This document shows, in pieces, positions 49,703 to 59,676 of a DNA stretch of 64,000 nucleotides. Position numbers and translations under genes: made by a program. Each line of letters opens with the position of its first letter. The stretch's first letter is position 1. This DNA comes from Candidatus Eiseniibacteriota bacterium (GTDB lineage Bacteria > Eisenbacteria > RBG-16-71-46 > CAIMUX01 > VGJL01), in the NCBI GenBank assembly GCA_963792585.1, contig CAWBWI010000006.1:864001-928000 (forward strand), written 5' to 3'. The notes under the pieces were generated by a model, which was given only the letters and a program-made list of their open reading frames with translations, had not been told where the DNA came from and made no database searches.

Positions 49703-50304
49703 TCCACCCACTCCCCATCACCCTCGAGGGCCACGGCGTGCGGCTCGAGCCCCTGGCACCGGACCACGCCGCCGGCCTGGCTGCGGCCGCAGCCGACGGC
49801 GAGCTGTGGCAGCTCTGGTTCACGTCGGTGCCGACACCGGAGGAGACGGACGCCTACATCTCCGCGGCGCTCGACGGCCAGCGGAAGGGACACATGCTCC
49901 CCTGGGTGGTTCGCGCCCTCCCCATCGGCGAGATCGTCGGCACGACCCGCTACCACGACATCGTTCCCGAGATCGACCGGGTCGAGATCGGCTACACCTG
50001 GTACGCGAGGCGGTGGCAGCGCACCCGCATCAATACGGTCTGCAAGCTGCTCCTCCTCGCCCACGCATTCGACTCGCTCGGATGCCGGGTGGTCGGCCTG
50101 CGCACAGACAACTTCAACTTCGCCTCGCAGCGGGCGATCGAAGGATTGGGCGCGAAGAAGGACGGCGTCCTTCGCCACCACACCGCGCGGCGCGACGGGA
50201 CCGTCCGCGACAGCGTCCTCTACAGCATTCTCGCGGGCGAGTGGCCGGACGTGCGCCGGCATCTCGAACTCCGCTTGGCACGCCATCGCGAGACCCCGTC
50301 CTGA
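49699..50304 (+). CDS. RimJ/RimL-type GNAT acetyltransferase
   Basis: L.G..VRLEPL, VEIGYTW....QRT..NT..KLLLL.HAF, N..SQRAI..LGA..DG.LR. Confidence 0.92.
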   Translation: MIHPLPITLEGHGVRLEPLAPDHAAGLAAAAADGELWQLWFTSVPTPEETDAYISAALDGQRKGHMLPWVVRALPIGEIVGTTRYHDIVPEIDRVEIGYTWYARRWQRTRINTVCKLLLLAHAFDSLGCRVVGLRTDNFNFASQRAIEGLGAKKDGVLRHHTARRDGTVRDSVLYSILAGEWPDVRRHLELRLARHRETPS

Positions 50305-50375
50305 GACGGCGCGGCGAACAACGATCGTGAGCGGAGCCGGGGTTCGCCCCTGGTGCCGCCGCAAGGAGACGCTCG

Positions 50376-50870
50376 ATGGCGAAGATCCTCGCGGAGCGCA
50401 TGACGGCCGAAGCCGACGGCGAGTTCGTCGTCTTCCTGATCGGCATGCGGATCAATCGCGCGTGGAAGATCCACAAGTGGCTTCCCGTCGCGCTCGCGAT
50501 GCCCAAGATGATGCGGGAGCTGGCGGCGGAGCCCGCCCTCGGCTTTCTTGGCTGTGAAACCTGGTTCGGGAAATCCACGATCTTCGTGCAGTACTGGCGC
50601 TCCTTCGAGCACCTGGAGAGCTATGCGAAGAACCCGGACAGGCACCACCGGCCCGCCTGGGCCGCGTTCAATCGCGCGGTCGGCTCGAATGGGGACGTCG
50701 GGATCTGGCACGAGGCGTTCCGTGTGCGCCCCGGCGACCACGAGTGCCTCTACAACAACATGCCCCCCTTCGGGCTGGGCAAGGCGACAAAGCTCGTCCC
50801 GGCGACGGGCAGGCGTGAAACCGCCGCCGGACGGATGGCGATGCACGGCGGGGAGACGTCCTCAGTTTGA
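50376..50870 (+). CDS. DUF4188 family (monooxygenase-like) protein
   Basis: FVVFLIGMRIN, VQYWRSFE.LE.YA, H.PAW..F, VGIWHE, Y.NMP.FGL. Confidence 0.9.
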   Translation: MAKILAERMTAEADGEFVVFLIGMRINRAWKIHKWLPVALAMPKMMRELAAEPALGFLGCETWFGKSTIFVQYWRSFEHLESYAKNPDRHHRPAWAAFNRAVGSNGDVGIWHEAFRVRPGDHECLYNNMPPFGLGKATKLVPATGRRETAAGRMAMHGGETSSV

Positions 50871-53231
50871 ATGGAACCGGTAGAGGTGGTCCCTCGACAC
50901 GCTTCCCGCGTAGCCGCCGTCGAAACTTCCGCCCACGTAGCCGCCCGCTCTCACGGAGATCGCGATCCAGGAGGAATCCGGCGGCGTCCCCGCCGGGCCC
51001 GGCACGATGAAGTGATACGTCTCCGACGCGGTTTCCATAAGGGTCTCGGAATCGTTACCCCAAGCCCTCACCCAGATGTACCCCGAAGACTTCGCAGACT
51101 CCGTTGCGGGATCGTCCATGCGGATCTTCTCCGTCTCGACCGACAGGCTCATGCCAAGCGACTCGCCGGGGATCAACTCCGCGGACGGCACCGTCCATGT
51201 GGCTTGTACCGTGGTCTCCCAGTCCCCAAACCAGACCTCGGTGAAGAACGGATTGTCGTAGCCGGAGCGAATGGATAGGCCGCCGGCAGTGACTGTGAAC
51301 TCATTGATGTTCAGGCGCACGCCGTTTCGGGGCGCGACGTCCCGATTCTCGACGTGATCGAGGACCCAGCGGCCTCCTTCAATGGTGAAAGGCACGCCGC
51401 GGCTCGCCATCCCCGCAACCGTGACAACGACATCCCCCGAGCGCGCTCCCGCCGGCACGGTCGCCGTGATCCGCGCTTCGGACCAGGTGGTGATCGCCGC
51501 GCCGGTGCCGTTGAAGCTCACCGCACCGGATCCCTGGGTGGCGCCGAATCGTTGCCCGACGATTTCCACGGCGTCCCCTGCCTTGCCGTGATCGGGCGAG
51601 AGGGATGTGATCGACGGTGGGAAGGACACCACGAGATCGTGAAGCTCCACGCTCTGGTCAGTCGGTCGGTTCCAGTCGATCTGGATTGCGACCTCTGCGG
51701 TATCCCCATCGGCGACGGCGCGAATCCAGCTATCGCCGGGGAAGACATCGCCGACGACTGCGAATCGGCCGTCCGCGCCGCTCGGGATCTGTGACCAGCC
51801 CCCCTCGTATGTCTCCCCCGCCACGCGGGCGAAGGACGACGGCACCACACCGGCCACCGGGTCTCCCGACGGATTGACGAAGCGGCCGCGTACGCTGTAG
51901 GACCATCCGGTCCTCTGCGCGATCGGGGGGAGGAGTTCCGCCTGCGTCCCGAGTTCCCGTTCGATCTCGACGCGGAGATCGTTCACGCCGGTCGCGCCGC
52001 GCGCGATGATCTCGAAGAGCCGGTCGAATCCCAATGCGGGCGCGGGGACGTTCGTGGGTCGTCCCGTGGTCAAGTCCTTCATGGATGGCTGGGCGCGGGT
52101 GAGCGCCGCAAGCAGCGCCGCCGCGAACCCTTCCGTCCCTGGAAAGTCGTCGGTCAACGGCGAGTGGTTCAGAAACAAGACATGGGGATCGAGCGGGTCG
52201 TCGGACTTGATTCCACCCGTAAAGAACCACTCCAGAACGAATGCGTAGTCGTCCGCGATCCTCTCGCGCCCGATCGCGTCGCCGATACCGTGCTCGGTAT
52301 TCCACAGCGGCTGCTGCCCCTCGAGCGTCGATTGAGCGTCATCGCCGACCAGGGTGTGGACGGCATAGTGCCCGGTTTCGTGCGCGATGTTTCCGACATT
52401 CGCGGACAAGGTCAGATGGATCGTAGGACGGATCAGGCGTCCGTGCGCCCCGAGCGACCTCCACCAGAAACCGTCGTAGTAGAGCCCGTCGAAGGTATAG
52501 TGCCGGTGCATTCGACCGTTCACCTCGGCGCGCACCGCCGTCTGGCGCGCCGGCGCGAGGGCCGCGAGAAAGCTGTCCACGTAGCTGCTGGCCTGCAGCT
52601 CCATGTGGAGCATCCGCGTCGCGTCGTTGCTGCCGGCCGGGATCGACGAGAACCAGTATCGGCTGAAACCGCGGCGCGCCGTCGACGGACCGATCGCGAC
52701 CGCGCGACCGGCGGGGATCTCCTGACCTCGCAAGGCCGAGCCCTCGAAGGGCATCGTGAGGAGGAACGCGATCCCCTGATCGAGGGTGTCAACCTCGGGC
52801 ACGGCGATCCAGCGTTCCGATCCCGGCGTGACGTCGTCGAAGAGACCATCGACCCGGCCGTAGCCGAAAACCATCGGGCGATCCCCCGCCGTCCCGGGGA
52901 CGACGACCTCGATGGGCTCGGACCCGGCGTACTCGATGGCAAAACCGTTCCCGGCGAATGGCCCCGCCGGTCCGGTGAGGATTCGGGCTACCGTGATCGT
53001 GCCGGTGCCTCCCTCCGGAAATCGAAGAGCGCACTGGGTCAGACTGTCCTGCAGGATCGCCTCTCCTCCCGGGGGAATTGCGTACTGGTGCGCGGGACCA
53101 AGGGTGAACTGCGCCGTCTCATCGCCCTCCGGGTCACTGAGGCGCGGGTGATCCGCGCATCCAAGCGCGAACAAGGCCGGAAGCAGGATGATCCACGATG
53201 CCATTGGGTGAAGCGGTCCGACGCCGCGCAT
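50862..53231 (-). CDS. Lipoprotein with HExxH metallopeptidase-like motif and IPT/TIG domain
   Basis: AAGGAG RBS before ATG 53231; lipobox ALG|C; IAHETGHY; PSITSLSP..G..G..V.I.G..FG..Q....V.F.G......W....I...VP..A.SG.V.V (IPT/TIG). The 5' extension in the ORF track is antisense shadow of ychF. Confidence 0.75.
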   Translation of the reverse strand: MRGVGPLHPMASWIILLPALFALGCADHPRLSDPEGDETAQFTLGPAHQYAIPPGGEAILQDSLTQCALRFPEGGTGTITVARILTGPAGPFAGNGFAIEYAGSEPIEVVVPGTAGDRPMVFGYGRVDGLFDDVTPGSERWIAVPEVDTLDQGIAFLLTMPFEGSALRGQEIPAGRAVAIGPSTARRGFSRYWFSSIPAGSNDATRMLHMELQASSYVDSFLAALAPARQTAVRAEVNGRMHRHYTFDGLYYDGFWWRSLGAHGRLIRPTIHLTLSANVGNIAHETGHYAVHTLVGDDAQSTLEGQQPLWNTEHGIGDAIGRERIADDYAFVLEWFFTGGIKSDDPLDPHVLFLNHSPLTDDFPGTEGFAAALLAALTRAQPSMKDLTTGRPTNVPAPALGFDRLFEIIARGATGVNDLRVEIERELGTQAELLPPIAQRTGWSYSVRGRFVNPSGDPVAGVVPSSFARVAGETYEGGWSQIPSGADGRFAVVGDVFPGDSWIRAVADGDTAEVAIQIDWNRPTDQSVELHDLVVSFPPSITSLSPDHGKAGDAVEIVGQRFGATQGSGAVSFNGTGAAITTWSEARITATVPAGARSGDVVVTVAGMASRGVPFTIEGGRWVLDHVENRDVAPRNGVRLNINEFTVTAGGLSIRSGYDNPFFTEVWFGDWETTVQATWTVPSAELIPGESLGMSLSVETEKIRMDDPATESAKSSGYIWVRAWGNDSETLMETASETYHFIVPGPAGTPPDSSWIAISVRAGGYVGGSFDGGYAGSVSRDHLYRFHSN

Positions 53232-53477
53232 GCCGATCTCCTTTGTTTTGAAGCGGAAGGCAGATTCACCCAATAATCGGATTGATTCGATCGGATCCTG
53301 AGGACACAACCCATCGACGCGTAAGTTCCGCACACCGACCGATGCCATGCTGGCTCTCCCCACGCCAGACCCCCTAGCCGCAGCCGCCCCGGATCCGTTA
53401 CCCTGATCGGGTGCCGTCACATCTTCCGGCGCCCCCAATCCTGAAGATCCCGAAAGAGATGCCCGAACGGAGGTTGC

Positions 53478-54551
53478 ATGCCAAGCTTCGCACTGATCGG
53501 CCCGCCCGGGAGCGGGAAGAGCACGGTTTTCGAACTCGTCGCCGGGATGGCGGCGTCGCGCCAGGCGTTGAAGCAGAACTTCACCGCCGACCGCGCGATG
53601 GTTCCCGTCCCGGACCAACGATTCGACAAGCTCTGCGCGCTCTTCAAGCCAAAGAAGAACGCGCCGGTGAGCGTCGAGATCCTCGATATCCCCGGCATCG
53701 ACGCGCAGACCGATGTGAAGCTCCGCACCGTCGCGATGACCGAGGTCAAGAAGGCCGACGGGATCGCGATCGTCCTGAACCTCTTTCTTCCCGGCTCTCA
53801 CGAGACGGCGCTCGCCGCGCTGCGCGAAGTCTGGGACGAGTTGGTCTTCGCCGACTACGCGGTCGCCCAGAAGGGGATCGAGAACGTCGAGAACGCAGCC
53901 CGGAGCAAGCAGAACTCCGACGCCGAGAAGCGCCTCAACTTCCTTCAGTCGCTGATCCCGCACCTCGAGGGAGGCGCGGGCCTGCGCACGGTCACATTCG
54001 ACGAGGAGTCGGAGAAGCTCGTCCGCCAGTACGGCCTCCTAACCCGCAAGCCGATTCTCGTGATCGCCAACTTGGGCGAGGAGTCCCTCGCCGAGGGCAC
54101 GAAGGCCCCGGGCGTGGAAGCCCTTCACGCATTCTGTGAGGAGCGGACGTGGCCCCTCTTCCCGCTCTCCGCAAAGGTGGAGTACGAGATCGGGCAACTC
54201 GACCCGGAAGATCGCAAGGAGCTGCTCGCTTCCTATCAGCTCGACGAACCGGGACTGCACCGTTTCGTGCGCGCGGCCTACGCGGCGCTCGATCTGATCA
54301 CCTTCTTCACCGTCGGCGAGGACGAGGTCCGCGGCTGGACGGTCAAGCGCGCGACCCCGGCGCGGCGCGCCGCGGGCGCGATCCACTCCGATCTCGAGCG
54401 CGGCTTCATCCGCGCGGAGGTGATCGACCAGGGGCTCCTGCTCGAACTCGGCTCGATGGCCGAGGCCAAGAAGCGTGGCGTCCTGCGGCTCGAGGGAAAG
54501 GATTACCCCGTCCAGGACGGCGACATCTTCCACGTGCGGTTCAGCGTGTAG
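53478..54551 (+). CDS. ychF: YchF/Ola1-family ATPase (divergent paralog-like)
   Basis: G.PGSGKST, VPVPD.R...L...F.PKK, DIPG, LLT.KP, LITFFTVG.DE.R.W, AG.IHSDL.RGFIRAEV, RLEGKDY.VQDGD...RF. Confidence 0.85.
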   Translation: MPSFALIGPPGSGKSTVFELVAGMAASRQALKQNFTADRAMVPVPDQRFDKLCALFKPKKNAPVSVEILDIPGIDAQTDVKLRTVAMTEVKKADGIAIVLNLFLPGSHETALAALREVWDELVFADYAVAQKGIENVENAARSKQNSDAEKRLNFLQSLIPHLEGGAGLRTVTFDEESEKLVRQYGLLTRKPILVIANLGEESLAEGTKAPGVEALHAFCEERTWPLFPLSAKVEYEIGQLDPEDRKELLASYQLDEPGLHRFVRAAYAALDLITFFTVGEDEVRGWTVKRATPARRAAGAIHSDLERGFIRAEVIDQGLLLELGSMAEAKKRGVLRLEGKDYPVQDGDIFHVRFSV

Positions 54552-54659
54552 GGGGCGACGGGACGGACGGTCCGGCGCAGGGGACTCCGCCGGAGCGTCG
54601 CTGACCGACTCTCAGTTCCCTGTTTCCGATCGCCTCCCCGTCTGATTCAATCAAGAGAG

Positions 54660-56564
54660 ATGAACGACCTGAAGACCGGCCGCTCGCCCGAAATCGACAT
54701 CCTGTTCCTCCACCCCACAGGTAGTGAGGATCCCGTGTCGGTTTCGATCGCGATCGGGATCCTGGAGCTGCTCCGCCTCTGGTTCGAAAAGGCGGGACTC
54801 TCCGTCTCCGCGTGGCCCGAAACGGCGGTCGACGCCGAGGGACATCATCGCTTCGTCCTGCGCACACAGCCGTGGGCGGCGAGTGAGATCCGACGCAAAC
54901 TCCTGCTGGTCCCCACGGCGGAGCGTGTCCTCACCCTGAACCTGGTCGCGGAGCCGACCCGGCAAGCCGAGATCACGATCGTGGACCACCGAGGAGATCG
55001 TCTGACCGACGCCGTCATCCCCCTCGACGCCGCGGCGCTGTTCGAGGGTTTCCCGAAGGCGGCGTGCACCTTGATCGAGGCCCTCGACCAGCCGATCAAG
55101 GCGTGCACTTCCGCGGGTTTCTTCCAGACATCCGATGCGACGACGGCAATCGCCTCCATCGCCGCGCTCGAGCGCCTAGCCGCCTTCAAGGCGGGAGTCG
55201 GGCGAGACGAACCCACCCGCCTGCTCGAACCGATTCTCGCGCTGCTCACCCGCGAACCGTCTCATCCGATCGGCCGCGAGTGTCTCGCGCGCATCGCAAC
55301 CGCGCTCGTCGAGGCAAAGAAACCCGAAGCTCAGGCTGCCGCCTGCCAAGCGTTGGAGCGCTGGTGCGATCTCGCCCCTCTCTCCCCCACACCGGCCTAC
55401 TTTCTGGCCATCGCACGGCAACGGACCGGCTCCGGCGAACCGGCGCGCGCGGCCTATGAGGAAGCCCTGCGGCGCGATCCCCTCTACGTGCCCGCGATCC
55501 AGGGATATGCGGATTGGCTGGCGGAGCGGGGCTTCGTGGACCAGGGCGTAGGTGTCATCCAGCGCGCTTTCGGGCAGACGGCGTTCGAGGGGAATCTGCT
55601 CGATCAGGCCGGGTGCCTGCTCGCGAACGCGGGGCGCATCGCCGAGGCCGAACCTCTCTTCGCGCGCTCGATCGTGTCCGATGGGCCGCCCACCGCGCAC
55701 TCGAACCTCGCCCGCAGCCTGATCGTGCGCGGCAGGGAAGCCGAAGCGCTCGAGGTGCTGCAGGAAGGGATGGCCTCCGGCGTCGAAACAACCCACCTGG
55801 AACTCCTCGGCAAGATGGCGAAGGGCGCGGGGATCGTCGCCTCGCAGGCCCGCGCGATCGTCCGCGGGCGGATCGCCGAGGGGAGCGCCGACGAGGAACT
55901 CCTGCACACCCTCGTCACCCTCTGCCTGGAAATGGACGGCCCGGAGGCCGCCGCCCCCCATGCGCGCCGCCTGATCGACATCGCGACCAAATCGGAGTAC
56001 CGCCGCGCCGGCTACTACGTCCTGCTGCGTTCGCGGATGGAGGATTTCGAGAGACGGTGGGATGCGGCCGTCCTCGACGTGACCGAGAACGATGGTGCCG
56101 CCGCTGAGCCGTTCTTCCGGGAGGTCGTGACCCTCGAGCCGGGGTTCGGCCGCGCTCAATTCCTGCTCGGCGGCGCCCTCGAGAAGCTCGGAAAGATCGC
56201 GGACGCGCTGCCCCACCTGGAAATCGCCGCGCAGACCGAGGGGGACGACCCGGGCCTGCTCGACCTCGTCGCCCGCGCGCTCGCCGACGCCGGGAACCAC
56301 ACGAGGGCCGCCCAGGCCCATCACCGCGCCGCGATCCTCGCCCCGCAAGATCCGCGGATCCTCCGAAACGCCGCGGTCTCCATGATCCGCGCGGGCTACA
56401 TCGACGAGGGGGTCGGATTCGCCCGCGCCTCCCTCACCCTCCAGCCGGAGCAGCCGGAACTCCACGACCTCCTTCGGGAAGTCGCCGATCGGCGCCACGC
56501 GCGTCGCAGCGGCGCGCTGGCGAAACTCCTCCGAACGATCGGGATGGGCAAGCCGAAGAAGTGA
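54660..56564 (+). CDS. TPR-repeat protein
   Basis: Multiple TPR-like helices (A.AAYEEAL..DP, AH.NLAR, AQFLLG.AL...G...DA, A..LAP.DP). Confidence 0.75.
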   Translation: MNDLKTGRSPEIDILFLHPTGSEDPVSVSIAIGILELLRLWFEKAGLSVSAWPETAVDAEGHHRFVLRTQPWAASEIRRKLLLVPTAERVLTLNLVAEPTRQAEITIVDHRGDRLTDAVIPLDAAALFEGFPKAACTLIEALDQPIKACTSAGFFQTSDATTAIASIAALERLAAFKAGVGRDEPTRLLEPILALLTREPSHPIGRECLARIATALVEAKKPEAQAAACQALERWCDLAPLSPTPAYFLAIARQRTGSGEPARAAYEEALRRDPLYVPAIQGYADWLAERGFVDQGVGVIQRAFGQTAFEGNLLDQAGCLLANAGRIAEAEPLFARSIVSDGPPTAHSNLARSLIVRGREAEALEVLQEGMASGVETTHLELLGKMAKGAGIVASQARAIVRGRIAEGSADEELLHTLVTLCLEMDGPEAAAPHARRLIDIATKSEYRRAGYYVLLRSRMEDFERRWDAAVLDVTENDGAAAEPFFREVVTLEPGFGRAQFLLGGALEKLGKIADALPHLEIAAQTEGDDPGLLDLVARALADAGNHTRAAQAHHRAAILAPQDPRILRNAAVSMIRAGYIDEGVGFARASLTLQPEQPELHDLLREVADRRHARRSGALAKLLRTIGMGKPKK

Positions 56565-56607
56565 GTCGGCGAGTCGGCCGCTCTTCGAATCCCGCGACCT
56601 TCGGGAT

Positions 56608-57396
56608 CTACTTGATCAACCGCCGCTTCATCAGGACGATCGCCGTCACGATCGCCCCGCACATCAGAAGCAGCAAGTAGCCCGCGCTCCAGTACCACCC
56701 CGGAGGAAACCACCCGAGAAACGCCCCGCGCACGAGCAGCGCGATGTGCGTGAGCGGCAGTACGGTCGCCACGATACGCGCCCATCCCGGCAGGATGTCG
56801 ATCGGGAAGAAGGTCCCGCTGAAGAGAAACATCGGGAAGATGAAGAGGAAGATCGGGAAGTTCATCGAGTCGATCGACGGGACGAGCGCTGTCGTGATGA
56901 GGCCGAGCGAAGCGAACAGGAAGCCGCCGATCAGCGCCACGGGGATCGCCCAGAGCGCCGTCGGATAGTGAACCAGGCCGAAGGCGGAGAGAACACCGCC
57001 CATGATGACGCAGGCGATCATGCTCTTCGTCGCCCCCCAGAGCATCTCGCCCATGATCACGTCCTCGACGAGCAAGGGGGTCGCGATGATCGCATCGAAG
57101 GTCTTCTGGTAGTACATCCGGACGAACGACGCGTACGTGTTCTCGAAGTAGGCCCAGAACATGATCGCCACGGCCACGACGCCCGGCGCCATGAACGGAA
57201 GGTAGCCGACTTCCCGTCCTTGATAGGTGAGGATGCCGATCATCGAGCCGAGTCCGATCCCGAAGGCGACGACGTAGAAGACCGGCTCGAGCAGCGGCGG
57301 GAGGAAGTTGGTCTTCCAGGTCGTCCGGTAGACGTCGAAATCGCGCCGCCAGACGTGGAAGGAGCGGGTGGAGACATTTCGCAGCGTTTGCAGCAT
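56608..57396 (-). CDS. ABC-2 type transporter permease (NodJ-like)
   Basis: VWRR....Y, LLEP..Y..AFG.GLG, Y..F.APG, QKTFDAI.ATP, PMFLFSGTFFP...LP. Confidence 0.9.
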   Translation of the reverse strand: MLQTLRNVSTRSFHVWRRDFDVYRTTWKTNFLPPLLEPVFYVVAFGIGLGSMIGILTYQGREVGYLPFMAPGVVAVAIMFWAYFENTYASFVRMYYQKTFDAIIATPLLVEDVIMGEMLWGATKSMIACVIMGGVLSAFGLVHYPTALWAIPVALIGGFLFASLGLITTALVPSIDSMNFPIFLFIFPMFLFSGTFFPIDILPGWARIVATVLPLTHIALLVRGAFLGWFPPGWYWSAGYLLLLMCGAIVTAIVLMKRRLIK

Positions 57397-58319
57397 CAAT
57401 CCCTCAACACCCGTCCGGCCTGTTTGAGGAAGACGTCTTCAAGCGTCGCGCGGCGCAGGCTGCGCTCCTGGTGCGGGAAACGTTCGCCCAGATCGCGCGC
57501 GCCGTCCGTACCCGCGGGCAGGTAAACGAAGAGACGATCCTCGACCTCCTCGCTCGGCCACCCGCGTTCGGCGATGAAACCCGTGACCTCGGGACCATGG
57601 TTCCAGAGCTCCAGGACCTCCTCACCGACCAGCTCGCGGACAAGGTTCGCGGGGGATCCTTCGAGGAGGATCTTGCCCACGTCCATCAGGATCACCCGGT
57701 CGCAGAGCTGCGAGGCCTCCTCCATGTAGTGCGTGGTGATGAGGATCGTCGTCCCCTCGGCCTTCAGGGCGCGGACGCGCTGCCAGATCATGTGACGCGC
57801 CTGCGGGTCGAGGCCGGTCGTCGGCTCGTCGAGGATCAAGAGACGCGGCTGGTTCAAGAGCGCGCGGGCGAGGATCAGCCGCCGCTTCATCCCGCCGGAA
57901 AGCTCCTGCGTCTTCGCGTTCGCCTTCTCGTCGAGCTGCATCATCTTCAAGAGATCCGCGGTTCGCGCGCGGGCCGTCGCGCGGGGCATTCCATAATAGC
58001 GGGCGAATACGAGGAGGTTTCTCTCGACCGAGAAGTCGGGATCGAGATTGTCCTCCTGCGGGCAGATCCCGAGGTTCGCCTTCACCTCGCGCGGGTGGGT
58101 CATCACGTCGTGGCCGAAGACGCGGACCCTTCCTGCGGTGACCGGCGAGAAGCAGGAGACCATCTTCACGGTGGTCGTCTTCCCCGCCCCATTGGGGCCG
58201 AGGAAGCCGACGCACTCCCCCGCCGCGACGGCGAAGTCGATTGCGTTGACCGCGGTCAGTTCCCCGTAGCGCTTCGTGAGGCCGCGCGCCTCGATGACCG
58301 GTACCCCTGCATCCATCAC
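57396..58319 (-). CDS. ABC transporter ATP-binding protein (NodI-like)
   Basis: GPNGAGKTT, PQEDNLDP, LSGGMKRRL, LILDEPTTGLDPQARH, TTHYMEEA. Confidence 0.92.
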   Translation of the reverse strand: MMDAGVPVIEARGLTKRYGELTAVNAIDFAVAAGECVGFLGPNGAGKTTTVKMVSCFSPVTAGRVRVFGHDVMTHPREVKANLGICPQEDNLDPDFSVERNLLVFARYYGMPRATARARTADLLKMMQLDEKANAKTQELSGGMKRRLILARALLNQPRLLILDEPTTGLDPQARHMIWQRVRALKAEGTTILITTHYMEEASQLCDRVILMDVGKILLEGSPANLVRELVGEEVLELWNHGPEVTGFIAERGWPSEEVEDRLFVYLPAGTDGARDLGERFPHQERSLRRATLEDVFLKQAGRVLRD

Positions 58320-58398
58320 CCATGGATCGTACCCGTCGCACCCGATCTCTGCTACCCTGTGCGCCGTGCGACCCCATCCGTTCGTATCGGGCTCGGCG

Positions 58399-59556
58399 AT
58401 GAGCCACCTCGAGTGCGCCCGCTGCGGGCAACACGAGGAGGCCGACCGGATCGCATCCGTCTGCGCGGCTTGCGGCGGTCCTCTCCTGGTTCGGTACCAC
58501 CTGGCCAGGATGGACCTGCGCGGACTCCCGTGGGACCTCGGGCAACGGTCCGCGGATTTGTGGCGTTACACGGAGCTTCTTCCCGTTCGCTCCTCCCGCT
58601 GGCGGATCGGTCTCGGCGAGGGGATGAGCCCCGTGCTCTGCGCCCCCCGCCTGGCGCATGAGCTTGGACTCGAGAAGCTCTGGGTGAAGGACGAGGGGCG
58701 CAATCCGACCGGCTCATTCAAGGCGCGTGGGATGGCCGTCGCCGTCGCGCGCGCGGCGGAGCTCGGGGCGCGGACCCTGAGCGCCCCGTCGGCGGGCAAT
58801 GCCGGCCTGGCCCTGGCCGCCTACGCCGCGCGGCACGGGCTGCGCGCGCTCGTCGCCTTCCCGGTCGACATCCCGGGGATCTATGTCCGCGAATGCCGCG
58901 GCTATGGCGCCGAGGTGATCACGGCCGGGGCGACGATCCGCGAGGCGGGCGCCGCGTTGCGCGCCCACATTGAGCAGAAGCCCGCCTGGCAGGATGCGAT
59001 CGACGTCTCGACCCTGCGCGAGCCGTATCGACTCGAGGGGAAGAAGACGATGGGTTTCGAGATCGCCGAGCAGTTCCGCGGCCGGTTGCCGGATACGATC
59101 ATCTATCCGACCGGCGGCGGGACCGGGCTCATCGGGATCTGGAAGGCGTTCGAGGAGATGGGATCGCTCGGCTGGCTGGTCGAGCAGCGTCCGCGGATGA
59201 TCGTGATCCAGATGGCCGGCTGTGCGCCGATCGTGGATGCGTTCCGTGCGGGAACGGAGTCCGCCGTGCCGGCGACCGATCCGACGACTCGTTGCTGGGG
59301 CCTGCGCGTTCCCGCGCCGTTCGCGGACCGTGAGATCCTGCGCGTCGTGCGCGAGAGCGGAGGCGCGGCCGTCGCGGTGCCGGAAGAAGATCTCGTGCCG
59401 ATGGCGGAACGCGCCGCCCGGCTCGAAGGCCTCGACGCCGCTCCCGAAGGCGCTGCCGCGCTGGCGGCGTTGCCGATCTTGTTGCGCGATGGAGTCATCC
59501 AGAAGACGGATCGGGTCCTTGTGTTGAATACCGCCGCTTCGGGAATGTACAAGTAA
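58399..59556 (+). CDS. thrC: Threonine synthase-like PLP enzyme with N-terminal zinc ribbon
   Basis: CARC...CAAC, LWRY..LLP, LGEG.SP, KDEG.NPTGSFKARG, PSAGNAG, EGKKTMG.E, PTGGGTG, PEGAA. Confidence 0.85.
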   Translation: MSHLECARCGQHEEADRIASVCAACGGPLLVRYHLARMDLRGLPWDLGQRSADLWRYTELLPVRSSRWRIGLGEGMSPVLCAPRLAHELGLEKLWVKDEGRNPTGSFKARGMAVAVARAAELGARTLSAPSAGNAGLALAAYAARHGLRALVAFPVDIPGIYVRECRGYGAEVITAGATIREAGAALRAHIEQKPAWQDAIDVSTLREPYRLEGKKTMGFEIAEQFRGRLPDTIIYPTGGGTGLIGIWKAFEEMGSLGWLVEQRPRMIVIQMAGCAPIVDAFRAGTESAVPATDPTTRCWGLRVPAPFADREILRVVRESGGAAVAVPEEDLVPMAERAARLEGLDAAPEGAAALAALPILLRDGVIQKTDRVLVLNTAASGMYK

Positions 59557-59676
59557 GAGCAGCGCACGCCTGCCAATGGGAACGCGGCCGAAGCGATGCA
59601 AGCCCGCACCAAGTCGCTTTGGCTATGAAGCGTCTCGTCACACCGGGAGTGAATAAGTCTGTTACGGAAGGAACTC

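Noticed and set aside
56608..58319. Nodulation (nodIJ) function
   Set aside because: Generic NodI/NodJ-like ABC-2 exporter with no nodABC context
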